DNA of 50,017 nucleotides from the NCBI RefSeq assembly GCF_001194135.2, contig NC_068991.1, positions 55,906,343 to 55,956,359 on the forward strand, given 5' to 3'. The notes beneath the pieces were generated by a model that saw only the letters and a program-made list of their open reading frames with translations, was not told the DNA's origin and did not search any database. The position numbers were made by a program, and so were the translations under genes. Shown here piece after piece: positions 25,637 through 37,843 of this stretch (positions are counted from its first letter, which is position 1; every line of letters starts with the position of its first letter). This stretch comes from Octopus bimaculoides. Lineage: Eukaryota.

Positions 25637-26218
25637 GTATACTTAATTAGTATTTGACTTTGACATTGTGACCAACTTAACTGCTACATTTAAAACCCTT
25701 TCTGAGATTTTTGCTCATGTTAAAGAAGTTCCAGAAAAATACATTTTAAAATTGCCTATTGGTCTTTGAATGTATATGAATCTCAACATAAAAGCATGTA
25801 GCTTTAATAATCTTATTTAGACTGATTCTACTGAAAAAACCCTCATAACCTGAAAAAATTGTCCCATATTAAACTATTGTAATTTCTTTTTAAACAATAC
25901 TGACACCTTATATCTCTCCAAGTTGTATAATTTTGAATAGTTACTAATTCTCTAGTAGATAGAAATAAGTTCATGTCGAAATACATGGGGCATAGATAGA
26001 AAGGGTGATGCTGTATGTGCAAGAATGCAGATGTTGTTTAGCTACAAATCGGCTCTGACTGAGCAAACCTATGATTAAAGAAATTGTAGCCATGTCTATC
26101 AAATCCATCTCTTGGATATCATTGCATATCAAATATATTCATTTTCTTTTAATACACTAGGGTATAATTTGAGAAAGCTTTGGGTGTTATTTCTGGCAGA
26201 TAGTGTGACCATATAAAG

Positions 26219-26449
26219 CAATGGTTCTCAACTGGGGTCCATATAAGATTTTGTTAAAATTTATGTTCAATAAATTGGTTATACTTCTATAATACACAAA
26301 GCATTTCAATTTTTTAAAACAATTCTTGATATTATTTAATTATAAAAATTCAGTCAGATTTTTTGTATACAGCAAATGGCTATGGAGATCCAGTAGAGAA
26401 AAAGAGGAATCAAAGAGGCCCATAGACAAAAAATGGTTGTGAACCAATG
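26219..26449. mobile_element. hAT-superfamily MITE
   Basis: TIRs CAATGGTTCTCAAC and (reverse complement) CATTGGTTCACAAC. The 8-bp flanks ATATAAAG and ATGTAGAG match at 6 of 8 positions, consistent with a decayed 8-bp TSD. Confidence 0.75.
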
Positions 26450-27547
26450 ATGTAGAGGTTCTCATTGGTTCAAAATACATGTGGCATTTTGATTTACTAG
26501 AGGCACAGATGAGTTAAGATGGGGTAATAATGTATGGATGAAGGAGATATGACTATATTGTTGGTGTGTGAAAGAAATTATAATAAAATAACTAGTAGTG
26601 TTGGTACTTAATAAACTATAGTTAGATTAAGCAAAAATGTAGGTAGAAATAGTTAAGACATATATCTGTACATTTGACCTTATGGATAAGATGAGGCTGT
26701 ATTGAGAAATATTGTATTGCATACTCAGTCTATCACAGCATGGAAAGGCAGACATTGAAATAGCGATAATATAACTGTAAAACAAACAATTTTATATACA
26801 AATGAAATTACCCTCCTCCAAAAAACGAAAACAAATCTAATCTCTATTTATGCATTATTGCTATATTCATACACACTCTATCATATATAGGTAAAAGCAA
26901 AATTGAGATGTTTCTAAGGTAACACTTTCATAATCAAAAATCTTTGAATAAAAAAATAAATAAATAAAAAAATCTTTCATGGAATTTTATTTTTATTTAT
27001 GTAATTTTGATGTTGCACTATTTCACACTTCTACACTTTGAAATTCAATAAAGATAACTGCAATTCGTCGAAGTTTAAGGAAAAAGGCTTTAACTATATC
27101 AAGAATTATATATATATAATTTGATTATTTGTCAAACATAAATGAGATGTATGCACATACATGTGCATATGCAATCTCCCCATCTCTCTCTCTCTTTCTC
27201 TCTCTCAAGAATCAATAATTTAAGCTGTGGAGAATATCTAACTTTACTTTTTGCATTAGAGATCAATATAAATATTATTTTAAAATTTGTAAAATATGAA
27301 ATTACTTAAAAAAGATGTTCAATATTTATAGATTTTATCTCAGCACATATTTTCTTTTTTTAAGTTGTTTTATGAAGCTGTTTATCATGTATAACGTTTA
27401 TGTTGTCTTTATTTCAATAGATACTTTCAGTGTTGGAATAATACACATTAATCTAGTCAATGAGTTCAAGGCATGGTTTGGAATACCTCTTTAAAGTTTT
27501 TTCAGATTTGATGATTATTTTTGTGGTGAGATTCTTCTTATTATTAA

Positions 27548-28460
27548 GAGGTGGTGAGCTGGCAGAGTCATTAGTGCTTCAGAGAAGATGCTTAGTGACA
27601 TTTCTTCTGGCTGTTTACATTCTGAGTTCAAATTCCATTGAGGTTGACTTTTCACCCTTTTGGGAATATAAAATAAGTACCAGTCAAGTAATGGAGCCAG
27701 TGTAATTGATTTGTCCTCTCTTCTGAAAATTACTGGCCTTGTGCCAAAATTAGAATGAATTATAATTAGGGTGGCAAGCTAACAAAATGCTTAGTGGTAT
27801 TTCTTCTGTTTCTTTACATTCTGAGTTCAAATCCCACCAAAGTTGGCTGCCCTTTATCCTTTTAGGATCAATAAAATTAAATTCCAGTTATGTACTGGGA
27901 TCAATGTAATTGACTTGCCTCCTCCTATCTAATTTTCTGGCCTTGTGCCAAAATTTGGAAAGAATAATTCAGGTTAATAAAATAAGTATCAGTTGAGTAC
28001 TGGAGTCAAAGTAATTGACTAGTCATCTCCACATAAGATTTCAGGCCTTGTGCCTTTAATAGAAAGAATTATTATTATTAATGTTAGAAACAATTGTTGG
28101 CAATGGATGTGAGAACTGGTCTTTCACTAATTCTACAATTTGAACTGAGTTCAAACTCCACCGGGGTTGAGCTTTGCCTTTCATTCTTCTGGGATTGATA
28201 AAATAAAAGTACAAGTGCACTATTTGGTGTGATATAATCAACTGGTTGGTACCCTAAGATTTGTGACTTTTAGTTTAAGTTAGAAATTATTATTTGGATA
28301 TCAAATAGCAGAATCAGTAGAATATCAGAATGAATATCTTTGGTATTTAGTTACATGATGTTTTTCCAATTTCAGGCCCCATCAGAGAAATTTTTATCTT
28401 TCTTTGATTCAGGGTTGATAAAATAAGTATTAGTATTGATTAAATTGGCTATGCCCTTTG
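27548..28460 (+). mobile_element. Tandem cluster of about five tRNA-derived SINE family B copies or fragments
   Basis: Repeated GGTGAGCTGGCAGA (Box A), TGAGTTCAAATTCC (Box B), ATAAAATAAGTACCAGT and GGCCTTGTGCCAAAATT motifs. Confidence 0.85.
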
Positions 28461-30329
28461 TACCATGACAAAAAAAGTAGGTTAATTAAAAAAAAAGACA
28501 TCATGAAAAAGAAGAGATGAATATTTATTTATGCAATAAATAATTGCTTGAGTTTATTTCTTAAAATCCCTTTTATTAATTCAAAATTCCCTTAAAGGTG
28601 ACCAGCTTTACTGAATTTCAGTGATGAAGTAATAGCAGCTTTTATTCAGATTTATTGTTCTAGATAGGTTGTCTGTACTGAGGCTTGTTGCATCTGTCTC
28701 ATCAGCTCATTCTGTTTTGGTGTGTTTTTATAGTTCTATGGCCATGTTATCACAAACTACTTTACAGTGTGGACAAGATTCATTTTATCATGCTACTGGT
28801 ACTAGAAAAGTTAGCTCTGACAAGACCTAAAGAGTTTTCTTCAATCCTACTTTGCATTATATTTGTGTAAATAATTGAACTAGTATGTTTTGTTAAAGAA
28901 ATCAGATCTAAAACTAGTGTGGGCTGGTTGAGTGTAGTTTAATTAAAGTTTAACTTGAATTGTTGCATGTTAATGCTTATTGGAAGATGTAGGCAAAGTG
29001 AGATGTAAAACTGATTGTATTTCAAAATTAACATTAAATGTGAATTAGCTATAACAAGTACTTGAGCTAAAAGGTGATGTATTGATTGATATAGGCAAAA
29101 AAATTCTTAATTGAAATTATCTAGAGAAAGAAAACCTAAACCTAGTGGCAACTGTAGAGACACTCAAAGAAAAGGAGAGATAATTTCAAGAAATTAGGAT
29201 TTACCTCTCAAAGTTAATGTGTATTTTTATTAGAAGGAAAGGTCTGTTCTTTATTTGCAAACAAGGAACAACTATGGAGGTCTTTCAGTCTAAAAGTCCT
29301 CAGTAGCATATCATTGGCCCAGTGGTATATTTATATTTTTAATTATGAAAATTATGCTGGCTCCAATATTATTGTAATTCTTTTCCTGTTTGCAAAAATG
29401 TAAGTTAGCTAACATACTTTGTAGGTTTGGTTAGACTTTACAGTGCTTATTAATCCTGCAGACTAAAGCATTTTCATAGTTGTCCCTTTTCTTCAAATGC
29501 AGATAAAATTTTCTTTCTTTATGAAAATTAACTTTGAGATATTAATTCCTGATTACTTAAAATTATTCCCCCATTTTCTTGAAGCATCTCTAACAATTGC
29601 TACCAGGTTTTTTCTTTCTACTGAGGAAAAATGATTGTTTTGTTCAGTGAGAGGGAAATCTTGATTACACATTTTTTTGTGTATAACATTCAGTATATCA
29701 CCTTTTGAACTTAATTATCCAAATTCATGCCATCAACCCATTTAAGCTATTTCTCCCAGCTCATTTTGTTGTTTGTATCCATGTCCTGGGTAAATAAAAG
29801 ACAATTGATATCATGCAAAAAAGAGACAAGTTTACATGATTCTTTCACTGTAATTCTGTTAAATTCTAAATTTCTGTTGTATCTGAGGATATAACTTACT
29901 ATGCTAGTACAATTTTAACTCTGCCTATAACTGTCTTGCTTAGTCAAAAATAATTAATGCCTCTTGAAATATCTTTAGACTGCAGTATTTTTTTGGGGAA
30001 AAAAATTAATAGTATTCTCATTTTAGTACCATGTTAACAAAATGACTAGATGGCCCATACTTGATTGGTATTTTGTTTTATTGACTATTGAAGGCTGAAA
30101 GGCAGGATTTAAACTTAGAATGTTAAGAATTGGAAGAACTGACTTGGACATTTTTTGATAGATTGTACCAATATACTTTGGTTTATTTCTTTGCTTGTTA
30201 CTACACTGACTGAAACATTCAGAGCTTTGGTCAGGTGTCAAATATACTGCTTCACTTTTTTTTTCCAGTTATCTTCATAATTTAATAACAATATGTCCAT
30301 CTAATTGTTATTTTCCTTCTGCTATTCAG

Positions 30330-30353
30330 ACTGTCTTGTCATGAGATATTTAG
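30330..30353 (+). other. Candidate 24-nt exon
   Basis: CTAAT branch-like site, pyrimidine tract, TTCAG acceptor and TAG|GTAAAA donor. Confidence 0.3.
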
Positions 30354-31144
30354 GTAAAATCCTCTCTAAATATTGTTACATAAATAAAGAGCATAGCATA
30401 GAAGACAAAAAAAGTAAAAGCTACTGAAACTGTCATTTTGTTTTTTAGTGTTTATATTTGAGATTTCTGTTTGTAGTTTTCCAGTAATCTCTTGATATTG
30501 TATGTTTTGTTCTATTGTATTACTCTGTTTGCTTTTGTATGCAAACTTTCTTTTGTCTTTTACTTAATTATCATAATTAGCAATTATGGTCATTGTTAAT
30601 TGATGACTATAGCTATATAATTTGAAAAGTGACAATTTGACCTGCTTTTAGTAGATGATTAAACTAACTACTAATAAACTGTGGTGAGAGTTTAATATAT
30701 TCAGTTTGGGTTGGTAGTCACTGAGAGTGTGCAATTGGTTGTGTCAGTATAATTTGTAACTCTTCTCTTAGCTTGTGTGTCTATGGTAATATCAACGCTC
30801 AGTGATCTGGCCTATCTAGTTGTAAATAGGTATCTCAAAGAAGAGAAGTTTACAACTACAAGCAACTGGAGTATTTTATAATTGAAATGTGTTCCAGAAG
30901 CTTGTAGTCTTCAGTTGAAATCATGCCTTGACATTGTTTGAAGAACAATTAATATTAAGCAGCTATTACAGGAAATCAATCTTATTTTAGTTAATTTTTA
31001 TAAAATACAGGTGTAAGATATAGAGAGATAACTGTTAAAAATCATAAATTTTCAAATTAACAGAATAAAAATTAAATGAATGTTATATTTAAAATATCTT
31101 AAATTTTATAACACCTAATAAAAGTTGAACTCATTTCTTTTCAG

Positions 31145-31216
31145 TAATAAATCTTATAAACGGACTTTTACAATACTAAAACATGTAAAGAAACTTTTTC
31201 AAGTGCTGTAGTAGAG
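31145..31216 (+). other. Candidate 72-nt exon with stops in all three frames
   Basis: CTCATTTCTTTTCAG acceptor and a consensus GAG|GTAAGT donor. Confidence 0.4.
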
Positions 31217-31430
31217 GTAAGTAGGTTGTCTCTTAAAGATTTAAACTTTATGGTATTCTTAAAAAGAAAATTTAGGAAAAGTTCTCAATAGCACTGATTT
31301 TGTGCTGCTTTGCTAAGTATGTTTAATAATATTCTGGACGAATTACCTTGTGGTATATATCTATTCTAACTCTTTGCTTTCTGAATTCAATTCAGCCTCC
31401 TATCACTTGCCTCTTTGTAACAGTCAACAG

Positions 31431-31486
31431 GTCTTTCAGACCCCAGCTAACAGCAACATGCCTCTCATGTCAAATGGAGTGATGCA
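31431..31486 (+). CDS. Candidate coding exon (VFQTPANSNMPLMSNGVM), unknown product; alternative acceptor at 31396
   Basis: Pyrimidine-rich acceptor, GCA|GTGAGT donor and a single open frame. Phase-compatible with 32995-33025. Confidence 0.35.
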
Positions 31487-32994
31487 GTGAGTCGAGTAAC
31501 ATCTCAGTCACATCAATGCAAAAACAACTGGAATCTGCACTAAAATGGAATAAATACTTGAACAAAAAAATAAAGGAATAAATAAATAAAGATGGAAATG
31601 TTAGGCTTAAGTGTATACTAAAATTATGAAAATTCAAAGCATTAAGTGTTAAAATAATTTACTGATTGAGAAAACTCATAATCAAAAGCAGAGGGTTGAG
31701 TGCTATTCAAGGAAGATTTGATGGCTGTTTGCTGTTGGTCAAATGACCAAATAGTGGCTCTCCTATTGGTTGATATTGCATTGTTCTTAAGCAGTGTATT
31801 TGTCTTCTTGCAGAGCAGTCAAAGCTAAATGTTTAATAAGTTTGCTTCACAATTATGGTTTCGCAGTTTCAATCCTACTGTGCTGCTTCACCTTGGATAA
31901 GTGCTTTCTACCATAACTGCAGTTTATTACCCAAACCTTATGGAAATGTAGTAGATGGAAACCATGTTGATGTTTATCTGACTATATTAGTAATTCCCTG
32001 GGTACAATTTAAGAGTAATTTAACTGTGCAAATATCTGTGGAATACTCAGCCACTTACACTATGATTTAATTTATAGGTTGTTCAGTTTATTGAACACTA
32101 TAAGCTTAAGAGTGTCTCACGGAGATACATCCCTATATAGAAACACATATTCACGTCTACTCTTTCTCTCTCTTTGCATATAGTTAATACTGTTATTTAC
32201 CAACTAATACTTCCACTGTCCATACTGTTTTGTTTGTTTCACTAATGTGTATACATCTTGGACCATCTGTAATTTACATTGTTGATGAATATAGTCTTTC
32301 TTTAAGTAGTTTCTGTTGACACTTACAAGGCTCTATTTAATTGTAAAACGAATGTGACTTTTGTTTCTTTCCAAAAGGCACAAGGAGTCTAAGTGAAGTG
32401 AAATAGCTTTCATGTTGAAATCATGTACTGAACTCAACTGGCTTGGAGCTTACTGGTTGTTCTACAATTCTCACCATATTGCTTTCTATTTTAAACTTTA
32501 ACATTAATCAAAATAAAAAAATTTTGTTCAAAAAAGTTTAGTTTCTAAACCTCTTTGAAAAGTACTATGAGCAATTTTACTTTATTTTGTAGTAATTTGT
32601 TTAAACATCATTGATCTTAAATGTTTATATGTAAAGATTCCTGACAGACTAGATTTATTATGTAGTAGACGCTTTTAGCATTCACAGTTCGTGTAGAAAC
32701 AAAGTGGGTTTATAATAGCATACTGCTTTCTCAAAGACTCTGTTTGACAGCTACCTTTTTATTTTATTTTTTTTTTACTGATCAGAACCAAAATATAATC
32801 ATGATTTCATTCATCAGTCACTTGGCATCTTACTTTTAATTTGAAATCAGGAAGTGTTCTTTATTGCAACAAAACTTTCTGGCAGCTGTTCTACCATGTT
32901 AGATTGCATTGTGATCAGTTTAGTTTCATTTTTATTTCATATTAATAGGATGTTATTTGGTTGGGACTGCTAATGTATTTGGCTTGTAATACAG

Positions 32995-33025
32995 TCAAAT
33001 GAAGCAGCATTTCCTACTAGTGCAG
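32995..33025 (+). CDS. Candidate 31-nt coding exon (QMKQHFLLVQ)
   Basis: CTAAT upstream, TACAG acceptor and CAG|GTAAAG donor. It links the flanking exons in frame. Confidence 0.35.
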
Positions 33026-33125
33026 GTAAAGAGTTAAGCTCTGCTTGAAATGTCAGTATATTCTAATTTGCTGGATAATTCCTTTTAGATTAGCTAATCA
33101 TTTTTTCTTACATTATTTGCTTCAG

Positions 33126-33254
33126 CTAGTAGATAATAGGTTTCTGCTAGGCTTGCCACAGTGTAAATCTAATGATTTGGAGCGATATAATGAGAAAAAC
33201 GAAGGTGTAATTACTAAAAAGGAGAAGAAGAAAAATAAGAAGATAAAGTTTTAG
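33126..33254 (+). CDS. Candidate last coding exon with a lysine-rich C-terminus (LVDNRFLLGLPQCK...KKEKKKNKKIKF*)
   Basis: Follows a well-formed 100-nt intron (GTAAAG...CTAAT...TTTGCTTCAG). The sequence is purine-rich, and an AAG|GTAAAT donor lies 5 nt after the stop. Confidence 0.35.
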   Translation, partial: LVDNRFLLGLPQCKSNDLERYNEKNEGVITKKEKKKNKKIKF

Positions 33255-33454
33255 AGAAGGTAAATGGGATATTGGGACATGATTGCTTTATCGAAAGGTG
33301 TTAAGTTTGGGAAATAAGATAAAATGGTGTATACTTATAGTTGTCATTTTATGTAGTTAGATATATGCACAAATTTATAGATTAGTGGTTTGGTCAAGTA
33401 ATTAAATGATTCTTATAGACAGATTTTTGTTCAGTTCATTTGTGCTCTGTCATT

Positions 33455-33790
33455 CATGCACATTAACATTACATATCTAGCAGAGCATGCTTATTTCATT
33501 TCTTTTAACCTTTGCAAATTCCTCTGCATTCATATCTTGCTATGATGCAGCATTGCACTTCATACATGTGTACCATACAATCTCTTATCCTCTCAGAAAT
33601 AGAAAATCTATTATAGCAAAAGTAACAAGCTCCCTGAACTTTTTCCATCCTGTAACTTTGGTAGTTATGCTTTTGGAACACCCATCTCCACTGCTAATTA
33701 GGTCACTTAGGTGATAATACCATTCAACCACTTCTGTGGAGTCTTTCAAGCATTTGATGCCTTCTAAGCATTTGACCTTATTTATCATTC
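33455..33790 (-). mobile_element. RTE-clade LINE RT fragment
   Basis: EVVEWYYHLSDLISSGDGCSKSITTKVTGWKKFREL resembles the RTE segment EVVDSFCYLGDQISSGGGCSES...GWAKFREL. Confidence 0.8.
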
Positions 33791-34032
33791 ATGTATTCTT
33801 ACTGTTAACTACTATACATTCATAGTTTATAAAGAATACACATTATGGAATTCCTACCTACTTCTTTTCTGCATATTAAGCAGTTTTGTTGTTAACTAAA
33901 ATTTAGTAAACTGTAGTTGATGCTAAGTTACTTTGAAGTCTCTAGATTCTACTTCAGGTTTTGCTTCTAAGGTTGAAATATCCTCTCTAAGTCTTTGACC
34001 AATTCATCTGAAAACTAGGCCATTGGCTTATG

Positions 34033-34552
34033 TAGGGTGGGGTTTTTAAAAAAATCATTAATTTTAGCTGCAAACAAATTTTATTGACATCAATGTGTTC
34101 ATATTGAATTAGCTTTTGTCAAAATCAAGTGTTGAAAACAACATCCATTATGTGGTGTCCATTTTCATTGATGCATTTGTGAAGGCATTCTGGGGTCTGT
34201 ACCATTCATGGTGTCCCTACCAGTCTGCAGATCATTAGTCTACCTCATGTATGAAGTGCATTCACCCAACATAAGATTGTGTTATGGGTGGGAACAGCCT
34301 GATTTCAATGAATGTTGAAGTGGCACTGAAACTCACGGAGAACTGCTGTGACAGACTCGTTATTCTTCACGCAACTGTCATAGGCAAACATGCGATGTTC
34401 TATTGTCCACAGTGCTATGGCTTCACCTGAAAAGAAAAAAAAAACATGCTAAGACGCCATGGACCGAATGGTACCTGTTGGACATATGTCCCTCTCCCTG
34501 GGGCTGAGTAATAGCCATTTCAAAAACGTCTGTCCTGTCTGCCCCACCTCGT
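34033..34552 (-). mobile_element. Internally deleted Tc1/mariner-superfamily element (DUF4817-type N-terminus)
   Basis: ALWTIEHRMFAYDSCVKNNESVTAVLREFQCHFNIH*NQAVPTHNTILCWVN is joined to the C-terminal LHKCINENGHHIMDVVFNT*. The degenerate ends share GGTGGGG, and TA follows the right end. Confidence 0.75.
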
Positions 34553-34789
34553 AGGAGCTCCCAGAACCCTACTAAAATAAGGTTTCAATATGTTTAGGCT
34601 TGTGAGATTCTATTTGGATCATTTTGCTTAGATTTTGAATGCATTTATCAATCAGAATAATCCTAGACAAACTGCATGTTCTTAGCCTTTTTGTCCAAAC
34701 AACAATTTTCTGGTCAAATTGGTGAAATTATTAAACTTCAGATATAACCTAACACTGACTGTTGGGTGCTATTTACAAATGCATGGTAA

Positions 34790-35220
34790 TTTTGCGAGTT
34801 ATTGTCATTGTTTTAATGTCTGTTTTTCCATGCTTGCCCAGACAACATGGAATTTGTTGAGGCAAATTTTCTATGGGTGGATGCCCTTATTTTTGCCAAC
34901 CTTCACCTGTTTCCAAATGAGGTAATTTTCCTTACTTGGAAACAGGTGAAGATGTTTGCTTGGCCAGGCATGTTCTCCAAAGAAGACTTGAAACATAATC
35001 TCTTGCATAACAGTGATGCTTATTTACAGCCACCAAACTCATACATGCATATGTACATGTATACAGGAGGTTTCTTTCAGTTTCCGCTAACCAAATCTAT
35101 TCAGTGCTTTTGCTGACCCAATTCTATAGTAGGAGACCCTTGACCAAAGTACTGCATAATATGACTGAACCTACCACATGGTTGGGAAACAAGTTTTTCA
35201 CCCACACATCCACACCTGTA
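34790..35220 (-). mobile_element. RTE-tail-type repeat followed by a SINE family A head (35060-35218)
   Basis: TTTCCATGCTTGCCCAGAC...GGATGCCCTT and CTTTCAGTTTCCGCTAACCAAATC...CCACATGGTTGGGAAACAAG. Confidence 0.65.
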
Positions 35221-36472
35221 CCCACACTGTTATGCCTGCACCTAAACAGCTATGCATGTGTCTTATCTGTTTATAAACAAATGCATACTTTCATACACAC
35301 TCAATATCAATAAAAGCCTGTCACAAAAGTCCAGTGTGCAGATTTAAAAAAAAAATCAATATTGTGTAACCCTTTGTTACATGGCAATTTATTATATATT
35401 ATTGTTAAAGCATATCACCATGGTTCACTCTATATTTCAAAGTCTAGTCTTGTCTAATTCTGGCTTTTTTTTTTGTTCACTTCTTACTGTTCTGTACTGT
35501 GCAGCAGATTGCTCTGTCTGCCCACATCTGCTATCTTTGATTTTGTTGGATGGTGTTTTTGTTACCTACTATTTAGTTGAGGCATTAATATGAGAGGTCT
35601 TCCACGACCTATCAACCATTCAGAGAGAGAGAGAGAGAGAGAAAAGAAGAATCACCCCCAATATTTCTACTTTATTTAGTTTTGACTCCCTCCTGATCTA
35701 AGGTAGCTAACATTTCTATGACTGTTTGATCTTTTATATCTAAATTTTCACCTTGGCTCAAATTTCATATTTCTGTCAACTTTTTCTCTCATATTTGTGT
35801 GCAATAATCTATAAACTTTGATATTTTCTTCTTATTTCTACTATTTGAATTTATTGGAAACATTGTAAAAATTTCAAATAATTATATTATTGCTATATTA
35901 AATTTCATATTACTAATTATATTGGTGAATTTCAGATAATAATATTAATATTCTACATCTATTTATATTTTGATAATGGTTCCTTAATTTTGTTATTTAA
36001 CGCATTGTGGATAATTTCTTTTGTAATAATGTATTTTGTTACACCTCACAGTGTCACAATTGAAAAATTGGCAGATTTAAAGAAAGTCCTGAATTGATTG
36101 ACACAAATCTTTTTTCATGATGATGCAACAGCTTTTGTAAAATTTCACTTGATATTTGTTTACAGTTTTTAAAGATTTGTTTAGTAGTAAATGAGAAAGT
36201 GAATTGAACATGCGTGTGAGGTCTTTTTATTTGTTTTGTACATCTGTTTTATGCACATTCTCAACTCTGTTTAAGAAAATTCATGCCCACCCTGATGTCG
36301 GGTGCTACTTCATCTACTCTACTGGAAAAAAAATGCAATCTAAACTTCAGTTGTATTTTGATATTTATATTCATATGAGTCCCTGAGAGAAAAAAAGAAC
36401 AAAAAACTATTAGCATTTTGTTTTTTCTGTTTATATAATCTAGTTAGATTTTAATATTAAAAGCAAAGGTTA

Positions 36473-37030
36473 CGGTGGTGAGCTGGCAGAATCATTAGCA
36501 CACCGGCAAAATGCTTAGCAATATTTTGTTTGTCCTTACGCCAAGGTCAACTTTGCCTTTCATCCTTTCGGAGTTTGATTAAATAAGTACCAGTTGTGCA
36601 CTGGAGTCAATGTAATCAACTTTCCCCCTTTCCCCCAAAATTGCTGACCTTGCGCCAATATCTGAAACCAATATCAAAAGCAAGAGTGGTAGAGTGGCAG
36701 TGTTATTTAGTCTTGGCAAGCTGGCAAATTTGTAAGTGTGTTGGACAAAATGCTTAATGGCATTTCTTTCAGAAACATTTTGAGTTCAAATTCCACTGAA
36801 GTTGACTTTGCCTTTCAACCTTTCAAGGTTTAAGGGTCAATGTAATCAAGTATTCTCCTGCTCCAAGAACTTGATGGCCATGTACCAAAATTTGAAGCCA
36901 TTATTTAATTTCACCTCTTTATTGTTTTTGGGTTCAAGTCTCCAAGTTGCCTTTCATCTTTGCCTTTCATCTTTCCAGTATCAATAAAATAAGTCTTAGT
37001 CTAACACTGGGCTTTGATATAATGTACTTA
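36473..37030 (+). mobile_element. Tandem cluster of two to three SINE family B copies
   Basis: GGTGGTGAGCTGGCAGAATCATTAGC head and repeated TTGCCTTTCATC and AATAAGT motifs. Confidence 0.8.
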
Positions 37031-37119
37031 TGCTTGAAATAATTACTAACATATAGCAGCTCAGTTACTTGTATTTTTATCATCTAAAACCTGGTGTATT
37101 AGTCAGTTAACTGACTAAT

Positions 37120-37270
37120 CTTTTATCTGTCGTCAGTCATTTAACTGTGACCATGCTGGGACACTGCCGTGAAGAATTTTAGTCAAATGACTCAACCCCA
37201 GTACTTATTTTTAAAGTACTGGTACATATACTATTAGTCTCTTTTGTCGAACTGCTAAGTTACAGGGACA
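37120..37270 (-). mobile_element. SINE family A 3' half
   Basis: CAGTCATTTAACTGTGACCATGCTGGG...CCCCAGTACTTATTTT, as at 4506. Confidence 0.75.
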
Positions 37271-37619
37271 TAAAACCCACCACCATAAAGTTTACATAAA
37301 ATTGCTTTCATGTCAACAAATATAGCTTAATATTTTGTGTTGATTCATCTATTTCTTCATGATCAAAAGAATTAGAAAATATTAGCACAAGTTATAAACA
37401 ATTCCAAACAGGCTAACATTGAAGATTTTGAATGCAATTAATTCTTTCAGAATTTCTCATAAGTTAGATCTGACAGACTACTTCCACTGGTGCTGCTGTT
37501 ATCTAGTACTACTATTACACCTGTTGTATACAGAATATGGTATTCTTGACTCAAAAGTATAAACTACTGCTTTTGTTCATTATTTACATTTGACGGATAT
37601 TTGTCCTCCTATTGTTTGT

Positions 37620-37670
37620 TGTTAACACGTTTCGGCTGATATACCCTCCAGCCTTCATCAGGTGTCTTGG
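37620..37670 (-). ncRNA. Hammerhead-ribozyme-like motif (left arm), probably degenerate at the cleavage site
   Basis: GACAC-CUGAUGA-A-GGCUG(GAGGGUAUAU)CAGCC-GAAAC-GUGUU. Both core boxes, a 5-bp helix II and a GACAC/GUGUU helix I are present, but there is no NUH triplet. Confidence 0.55.
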
Positions 37671-37843
37671 GGAAATTTCAAACCTGGGTTCTCATTCCTA
37701 AGGTATTTTTCAATGTTATTAATTATTATTATTATTATTCAGGCAGTGACCTGAATAATAATAATTGATAATAATAATGATGATGATAATAATAACATCG
37801 AAAAATACCTTAGGAATGAGAACACAGGTTTGAAATTTCCTCA

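Noticed and set aside
27548-28460. Regularly recurring motifs that superficially resemble a CRISPR array
   Set aside because: The units are ~200-bp divergent tRNA-derived SINE copies, with no constant repeat/spacer period and no cas genes.
37451-37539. Exon-like segment (ISHKLDLTDYFHW... or LLPLVLLLSSTTITPVVYRIW)
   Set aside because: It has two competing acceptors, a weak donor and no unambiguous frame. It is mentioned only as context for the fold-back element.
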